NCBI GenBank assembly: GCA_031367385.1 | Contig: JANLPS010000294.1 | Coordinates: 1-13,751 of the forward strand | Direction of reading: 5' to 3' | DNA: 13,751 bases | DNA from: Archangium sp. | Lineage (GTDB): Bacteria > Myxococcota > Myxococcia > Myxococcales > Myxococcaceae | In this document: positions 9,064 to 13,751 of the stretch, piece by piece | How positions within the stretch are numbered: position 1 is the first letter of the stretch | How the letters are laid out: each line of letters opens with the position of its first letter | The notes under the pieces: model-generated | Seen by the model: the letters and a program-made list of their open reading frames with translations, nothing else | Told to the model about the DNA's origin: nothing | Databases searched by the model: none | Translations under genes and position numbers: made by a program

Positions 9064-9076
9064 CAAGCGCCTGATT
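9064..9076 (-). promoter_or_regulatory. IHF-like binding site upstream of the sigma54 promoter
   Basis: The minus strand reads AATCAGGCGCTTG, matching WATCARNNNNTTR, about 28 nt upstream of the -24 element. Confidence 0.5.
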
Positions 9077-9226
9077 CATGTCGCTCCGAGCGATAGGCGG
9101 TCGAAAATACCTGAATTTGTTCGATTTTCTGGTGGGTGGTCGCGCCCCCACCTCGACACCTTTTTTCGTAGAGCACGCCAGTGAGCAACTGGAGCAGCCA
9201 CGTTCCAACTGGTTGGCGCAGGTGAC

Positions 9227-10207
9227 CTAGAAAGAGACGATCGCCGCGCCGTCTTCATCGAGGAAGGACTTTGGCTCGCGGGCGAGATCGACAACCAGGC
9301 GGGTGGCTTGGGCTTGGCGGCCGACGCGAATTCGCTGAAAGAGGCGTTCGCCCGAGGCGAGGCTGTGGCTGGCGACAGGGGCGGCCCCGGCGATGTCGAA
9401 GACCAGGCGCGGGGGGTCGGAGAGCAGGTAGATCTTGGTGGTCTTGGCGTCGGCGTTGAGTGTCGGGGCGACGCGAAATTCGTCGTGCGCGCCGTCCCAG
9501 GTCAATGCGGCGGCCGCTCCGCTGGGCAGGGTCACGGAGTGCTCGGGCGGCGGGGGCTCAGCGCTCTGAGTGAGCTCGGGGTCGGGGCTCGATTGCCGTT
9601 CGTCCTGAGGGACTCGAAGGACCGGAGGGTCTTGGGTCACCTCGATGACTGGTTCGCTCTGCGGAGGCGAGGCAACGGCAAGGTCCTTCGAGTCTCTCAG
9701 GGCGAGCGGGGCTTCAATCGCGCTCACTTCGTTCACTCCGCTCGCACCGAGCAGGGCGTTCACTCCGGCGAACACGCCCACGGCGACCACCGCCAACAGC
9801 CCCGCAAACCCCGCGTGCATGCGCCACTTCGACCTGGGCTTTGCGACCCGCAGCAGCCGCCCCGCGGCAATCGAATCGCACAAATACTGCGTCAGCTCGT
9901 GGGCGCGTGGGTGAAGAAACCCGGTGAAGCGCACGGCGAACCCCGCTCTGCGGCCCAGCGATGGGTTGCTGAACTCGCGTTGCCAGACGACGACGCCCTG
10001 CGCGAAGGGGAGCAACCGGTCACTCGCCTCGAGCGACAGGGCCACCCGGGTGCCGGCTTCAATCGGCATCGGCATCTCGAGAAAAATGCCCGAGCGCGAC
10101 AGGTTTCGGCTCTGCACCCGGTACGACCTGGGCGCGCCGTCGATCAACGTCACTCGCACCGGGCGAACGAACTTCACCCGGGGCATGCGCGCGTCATCGG
10201 GCACCAT
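9227..10207 (-). CDS. PilZ domain - transmembrane helix - Pro-rich linker - AMIN domain protein
   Basis: N-terminal PilZ-like region (DARMPRVKFVRPV..RNLSRSGIFL..GVVVW..GFAVRF), TM segment AGFAGLLAVVAVGVFAGVNALLG, and C-terminal AMIN-like region (IYLLSDPPRLVFDI..RIRVGRQAQATRLVVDL). The start is uncertain (ATG 10207, GTG 10210 or ATG 10231); the track's 10498 start overlaps the desaturase. Confidence 0.8.
   Translation of the reverse strand: MVPDDARMPRVKFVRPVRVTLIDGAPRSYRVQSRNLSRSGIFLEMPMPIEAGTRVALSLEASDRLLPFAQGVVVWQREFSNPSLGRRAGFAVRFTGFLHPRAHELTQYLCDSIAAGRLLRVAKPRSKWRMHAGFAGLLAVVAVGVFAGVNALLGASGVNEVSAIEAPLALRDSKDLAVASPPQSEPVIEVTQDPPVLRVPQDERQSSPDPELTQSAEPPPPEHSVTLPSGAAAALTWDGAHDEFRVAPTLNADAKTTKIYLLSDPPRLVFDIAGAAPVASHSLASGERLFQRIRVGRQAQATRLVVDLAREPKSFLDEDGAAIVSF
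9596..9709. repeat. REP/RPE-like palindromic element (two 28-bp inverted arms, 58-nt spacer) inside the PilZ-AMIN CDS
   Basis: Arm 9596-9623 CCGTTCGTCCTGAGGGACTCGAAGGACC and arm 9682-9709 GGTCCTTCGAGTCTCTCAGGGCGAGCGG are reverse complements at 25/28 positions; all three differences are transitions. Confidence 0.8.
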
Positions 10208-10248
10208 CACGGGAGCGACCCCACCCACCATTGCCGGCGCCACGTCGA

Positions 10249-11196
10249 TCACGGGCCGGAGTGTCGGCGAGACCCGCCTTCGAGGAAAGTTTCTGACTTC
10301 GGAGGCATCACCAACTCGTGCCACAACGACCGCCGCCCGCGCGGGTGCACCCCGAGCTCGATGGCCCCGGCCGCCTGAGGCCGAAAGGTGCCGAAGACCC
10401 GGTCCCAGACAATCGTGTGACAGCCGAAGTTCGAGTTGGTCTCGGCGATCTGCGACGAGTGGTGCACCGCGTGATACCGGGGAAAATTCACGACCCACCC
10501 GAGCACACGGTCCGACACGTCGACGTTGGCGTGCGAGAGCAGGCTCAAGGTGGCTCCGAAGTAGACCACCGCGACGAGCTCGGCCGGGTCAGCGCCGATC
10601 AGCAATAACGGCATGCTTCGCGCCAGGTAGAAAAACAAATTGTCGATCGGGTGCGTGCGCAGCGCCTTGAGCGACGTCAGCTCGGTCACCACATGGTGCG
10701 TCTGGTGAAAGCGCCAGAACACCATCACCCGATGGGCCAGCCGGTGAAACCAGTACGAGTGCAGCTCGACCGCGAAGAAAGCCAAGACCACTCTCACCAC
10801 GAAGGGCGCCTCGGTCGGCCACACATGCAGCGCGCTCAGCGAGCTCGCCCGGGTCTCGAGCTGCCGCGCCACCCAGCCAATCAGCAATGACCCCACGAAG
10901 GTCACGATGAACAAGTACGCGAGGTCGCGCGCGAGCCGGTTCCACCCTTCGGTCGCGCGTGAAATCGGCGAAGCCAGGAGCCGGTAATTCCACTCCGGGT
11001 CGATGGGGTATGCCTGCTCGGCGCACCAGATGATCACCAGCGACGCCAGCAGCACGGCGGTCGCGAAGTCGAGCGGCACCCGCGCCCGGGTCAAGAACGC
11101 GGCGCCGGCATCGTGAAAGACCCACGAGGCGATCGACACCGCGATCATGCTTGGGAAAAACGCGACTCGAAACACCTGGTGACCGCGGCGCGACAT
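10249..11196 (-). CDS. Sterol desaturase / fatty acid hydroxylase superfamily protein
   Basis: 315 aa membrane protein with di-iron His boxes YWFHRLAH, FHQTHH, SHAN and YHAVHHS, followed by NFG..TIVWDRVFGTF. Confidence 0.92.
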   Translation of the reverse strand: MSRRGHQVFRVAFFPSMIAVSIASWVFHDAGAAFLTRARVPLDFATAVLLASLVIIWCAEQAYPIDPEWNYRLLASPISRATEGWNRLARDLAYLFIVTFVGSLLIGWVARQLETRASSLSALHVWPTEAPFVVRVVLAFFAVELHSYWFHRLAHRVMVFWRFHQTHHVVTELTSLKALRTHPIDNLFFYLARSMPLLLIGADPAELVAVVYFGATLSLLSHANVDVSDRVLGWVVNFPRYHAVHHSSQIAETNSNFGCHTIVWDRVFGTFRPQAAGAIELGVHPRGRRSLWHELVMPPKSETFLEGGSRRHSGP

Positions 11197-11214
11197 CAGG
11201 CCGCAGCGTACGCC

Positions 11215-12294
11215 CTAAGCGCGAGGCTTGAGCAGATACCGGGTGGTGATTTCTTTCGAGCGCGCGGCGTGCAGTGGGTCGCTCGCGTCTCGGGCCTTGC
11301 CGTGGGAGGCCGTGGTCGTCGCGGTGCCCTCGACCTCGAGCCCGGCGTCGGCGAAGCGTTGGGCCAACCACCCCTCGTCTCGCAGCCCCAGCAGCACGGC
11401 CAGGTTCGAGAGCAACAGCACGCCGCGGCCGGTCGGCGTCAGGTGCGCGCGCAGGCCATTGAGAAACTCGAGCAAGAACACGCTGTTCTCGTCGAACACC
11501 GCGCGGTCGATGCGGTTCTTCGCCGGCTCGGGCAGCCACGGCGGGTTGCAGACCACCAAGTCAGCGCGGCCTTCGGGGTAGCCCGCGCGCTCGAGCACCA
11601 TGAAGCGATCAGCCAGTGACAGATGCCGCGCATTGTCTTTCGCGCACCCCACCGCACGTGGGTCGATGTCGGTGGCAGTGACCCTGGTGGCGCCTCGCTG
11701 GAGCAGGATCAGCGAGAGAATGCCGGTGCCCGTGCCCAGCTCGAACACGCTCTTGCCCTCGACGTCAGGCAGGCTTCGAATCAGCTCGACGTACTCGGTG
11801 CGCGTGGGCAGGTAGACGCCGTAGTGCGGAGTCAACTTGCCCTCGAGGCCTGGGACGATCAGGCCTTTGCGTCTCCACTCCGCGGCGCCCTGCATGCCCA
11901 GCAGGGTTTTCAGTGGCACTACGGTGAGATCGGCGTCGGCAGGCCCCCAAATCTGCCGGCAGATCAACGCGACGTCAGGGGCCTTCTGCAGCAACAGCGC
12001 GTACTCGCGGTCGAGGCCGACGACGAGGTGCGAGAGGGTCTGGGCTTCGAGGTGCCGCGCGCGACGCTCCGAGCGAAAGGCGTCGAGCGACGACTTCGAC
12101 GGAGGCGGCTCGGGCAACCTGCGGGTCATCGCCGAGAGCAGCTGCTTCGCGTTCTGAAACGTGCCGGTGTACTTGAGAAATTCGCCCTTGCGCACCCGCT
12201 TGAGGGCCTCGTCGGCTTTGATCGAATCGTCGACGTCGCTCAGCGCGGCAGGCGCAGGCTCATCGCTCTCGGTTCTCCAACGAAAGTCGCTCAC
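11215..12294 (-). CDS. Class I SAM-dependent methyltransferase (MTS/PrmC/RsmC-like, NPPW motif)
   Basis: Motif I VFELGTGTGILSL, TDIDPRAV and DLVVCNPPW. Start placed at GTG 12294, which overlaps the upstream TGA (GTGA coupling), rather than the track's 12336. Confidence 0.88.
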   Translation of the reverse strand: MSDFRWRTESDEPAPAALSDVDDSIKADEALKRVRKGEFLKYTGTFQNAKQLLSAMTRRLPEPPPSKSSLDAFRSERRARHLEAQTLSHLVVGLDREYALLLQKAPDVALICRQIWGPADADLTVVPLKTLLGMQGAAEWRRKGLIVPGLEGKLTPHYGVYLPTRTEYVELIRSLPDVEGKSVFELGTGTGILSLILLQRGATRVTATDIDPRAVGCAKDNARHLSLADRFMVLERAGYPEGRADLVVCNPPWLPEPAKNRIDRAVFDENSVFLLEFLNGLRAHLTPTGRGVLLLSNLAVLLGLRDEGWLAQRFADAGLEVEGTATTTASHGKARDASDPLHAARSKEITTRYLLKPRA

Positions 12295-13415
12295 TTGGGG
12301 CACTCGGCAGTCATGGGAGGGTAGGCGCGCCACCACGCGGTGGTCTTGGCGGTCGCGGGCTCGATCGATTCGCCCAGCATCGGCGTCAGGAGGGTGACCT
12401 CGCGCTGCGCTGCCTCGAGGGTCAGGGTCTCGGCGGGCTCAGACCAGGCGTGGAGCCCGAGCTCGAAGGTGCTCCAGTGAATCGGGAGCAGTTTTTGGGC
12501 GTGCAGCAACGCGAACGCCTCGAGCGCGCCGCGGGGGCCCAGGTGAATGTCGCCCCAGCTCGGGTGCCACTGGCCGATCTCGAGCATCGCGACGTCGAAC
12601 GGGCCGTACTTGGCGCCGATGTCAGCGAACGCGTGCGTCAACCCGGTGTCGCCACTGAAGTACACGCGGTGCTTCGGGCCGATGATCGACCACGAGGTCC
12701 ACAGGGTGCCGTCGTTGCCGATGCCCCGGCGGCCCGAGAAATGCCGCGCTGGCGTCGAGATGATGTGAGTGCCGTTGGCGAGCGAGGTGCGGCTGTGCCA
12801 GTCATGTTCGATGATCTGGGCTTTCGGTACGCCCCACGCTTCGAGGTGGCGGCCGACGCCGAGACCGACGTGAAAGGTGACTCCGGTGGCGGCGAGGGTT
12901 TTGACGGTGCCCATGTCGAGGTGGTCGTAGTGATCGTGCGAAATGATCACCGCGTCGAGCTTGGGCAGCTCGGCGAGCGGGAGCGGGGGCGGGTGAAACC
13001 GCTTGGGCCCGACCCAGGCCGAGGGCGAGGCGCGGTCGCCCCACATCGGGTCGGTGAGAATGGTCGCGCCGTCGATCTCGATGAGCGTGGTCGAGTGGCC
13101 GAGCCAGGTGATGCGAAGGCCGGTCTCTGGTGGGGCCGACAGCGAGGGTTTGGCGAGCGGCAACGTGCAGGTGGGGGCGCGGAGCGTGTTGCTGGTGAGC
13201 CACTCGTGCAGCGCGGCGCCTCCGCCTTTGGCCATCATGGTGGTGGGCTCGACGTTGACGAACTTGCCGTTGCCGTATTCGGGTGAGTCGGGGTGGGCGA
13301 TTGGCGCGGCTCCGAATGAAGCGCAGCCAGAGGTCGAGACGAGCGTCGAGACGGCCAGCACCGCGAGAGCGACGGCGGTGACAGTGAGCAGTCGTCTGAG
13401 TCGCGTGCGTTTCAC
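12291..13415 (-). CDS. MBL-fold metallo-hydrolase, NAPE-PLD-like
   Basis: 374 aa with an N-terminal signal/TM, then ITWLGHST, LTDPMWGDRASP..GPKRF, ISHDHYDHLD (HxHxDH), PARHFSGR, YFSGDTG and PIHWSTF. Confidence 0.92.
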   Translation of the reverse strand: MKRTRLRRLLTVTAVALAVLAVSTLVSTSGCASFGAAPIAHPDSPEYGNGKFVNVEPTTMMAKGGGAALHEWLTSNTLRAPTCTLPLAKPSLSAPPETGLRITWLGHSTTLIEIDGATILTDPMWGDRASPSAWVGPKRFHPPPLPLAELPKLDAVIISHDHYDHLDMGTVKTLAATGVTFHVGLGVGRHLEAWGVPKAQIIEHDWHSRTSLANGTHIISTPARHFSGRRGIGNDGTLWTSWSIIGPKHRVYFSGDTGLTHAFADIGAKYGPFDVAMLEIGQWHPSWGDIHLGPRGALEAFALLHAQKLLPIHWSTFELGLHAWSEPAETLTLEAAQREVTLLTPMLGESIEPATAKTTAWWRAYPPMTAECPK

Positions 13416-13454
13416 GGGGGCACGCTTACCGCAAACAACACGGGCTTGCCCTTC

Positions 13455-13751
13455 TTACGGCGCGTACGACCAGCGGCGCATTCGGCTCGAGACGATCACC
13501 GAAGCCGCGGTGAGGGCAACCCAGGGGATGAGGTGAAAGACCAGCACATGCTGCCAGCCTTGTTCGCAGCCGACCTCGCCAGCGACCGCTCCGACGGTAC
13601 CGACCGCCAGCCCCGCGACGACCGAGCGCAACAGACTCGGCGCCGACCGCCGCAGCGTGAAGAGTGCCAACACCAGCGGCCCAAACCCCAGTGACAAGTG
13701 GCTCACCGTGCACACCCACTGCGGCAACGTGCTCGGGTGCCCATCACCGCG
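13455..13751 (-). CDS. NrsF/DUF1109-like membrane anti-sigma factor (partial; 5' end lies beyond the window end)
   Basis: The frame is open from the window end: RGDGHPSTLPQWVCTVSHLSLGFGPLVLALFTLRRSAPSLLRSVVAGLAVGTVGAVAGEVGCEQGWQHVLVFHLIPW. The pattern C..P...LRRxAP...AG...G....C......H with TM helices resembles the NrsF C-terminus. Confidence 0.65.
   Translation of the reverse strand, partial: RGDGHPSTLPQWVCTVSHLSLGFGPLVLALFTLRRSAPSLLRSVVAGLAVGTVGAVAGEVGCEQGWQHVLVFHLIPWVALTAASVIVSSRMRRWSYAP

Noticed and set aside
8959..9066. 36-aa N-terminal extension of the DUF1592 protein in the ORF track
   Set aside because: It would bury the lipoprotein signal peptide and overlap the predicted sigma54 promoter; ATG 8958 fits better.
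9308..10378. 356-aa plus-strand ORF (similarly 5942..6775, 12450..13286, 11623..12324 and 10589..11539)
   Set aside because: Each lies antisense or off-frame to a well-supported gene and has no recognisable domain; long stop-free shadows are common with strong GC3 bias.
10232..10498. N-terminal extension of the PilZ-AMIN ORF to 10498
   Set aside because: It overlaps 250 nt of the desaturase, including its conserved HxxHH/WDRVFGT region, and the translation has no domain-like character.
1..13751. CRISPR array, tRNA/rRNA, transposase, integrase or defence genes
   Set aside because: No regularly spaced direct repeats, RNA-gene signatures or mobile-element/defence protein motifs were seen on either strand.

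Overview
High-GC, gene-dense bacterial chromosomal window. The gene content (DUF1592/DUF1552 pair, PilZ-AMIN protein, large beta-repeat lipoprotein, sigma54-type promoter) suggests a myxobacterium-like organism; this is an inference. Eleven CDSs are supported. (1) A >829-aa secreted lipoprotein with at least 12 ~50-aa repeats runs off the left edge on the minus strand and is missing from the ORF track. (2) It is divergent from a YgiQ radical SAM gene on the plus strand. The remaining nine genes are on the minus strand; read from the right edge they are a partial NrsF/DUF1109-like anti-sigma factor, a NAPE-PLD-like MBL hydrolase, an NPPW-type methyltransferase, a sterol desaturase/fatty acid hydroxylase, a PilZ-TM-AMIN protein, a DUF1592-family CxxCH protein, a DUF1552 Tat protein, a Spy/CpxP-like lipoprotein and a TSUP transporter. 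The most notable signals not explained by the gene calls are: a 28-bp inverted-repeat (REP/RPE-like) element lying in frame inside the PilZ-AMIN gene; a sigma54 promoter with an IHF-like site and candidate enhancer repeats upstream of the uncharacterised DUF1592/DUF1552 pair; and a CpxR-box-like direct repeat upstream of the Spy/CpxP gene. No rRNA, tRNA, CRISPR array or transposase was seen.
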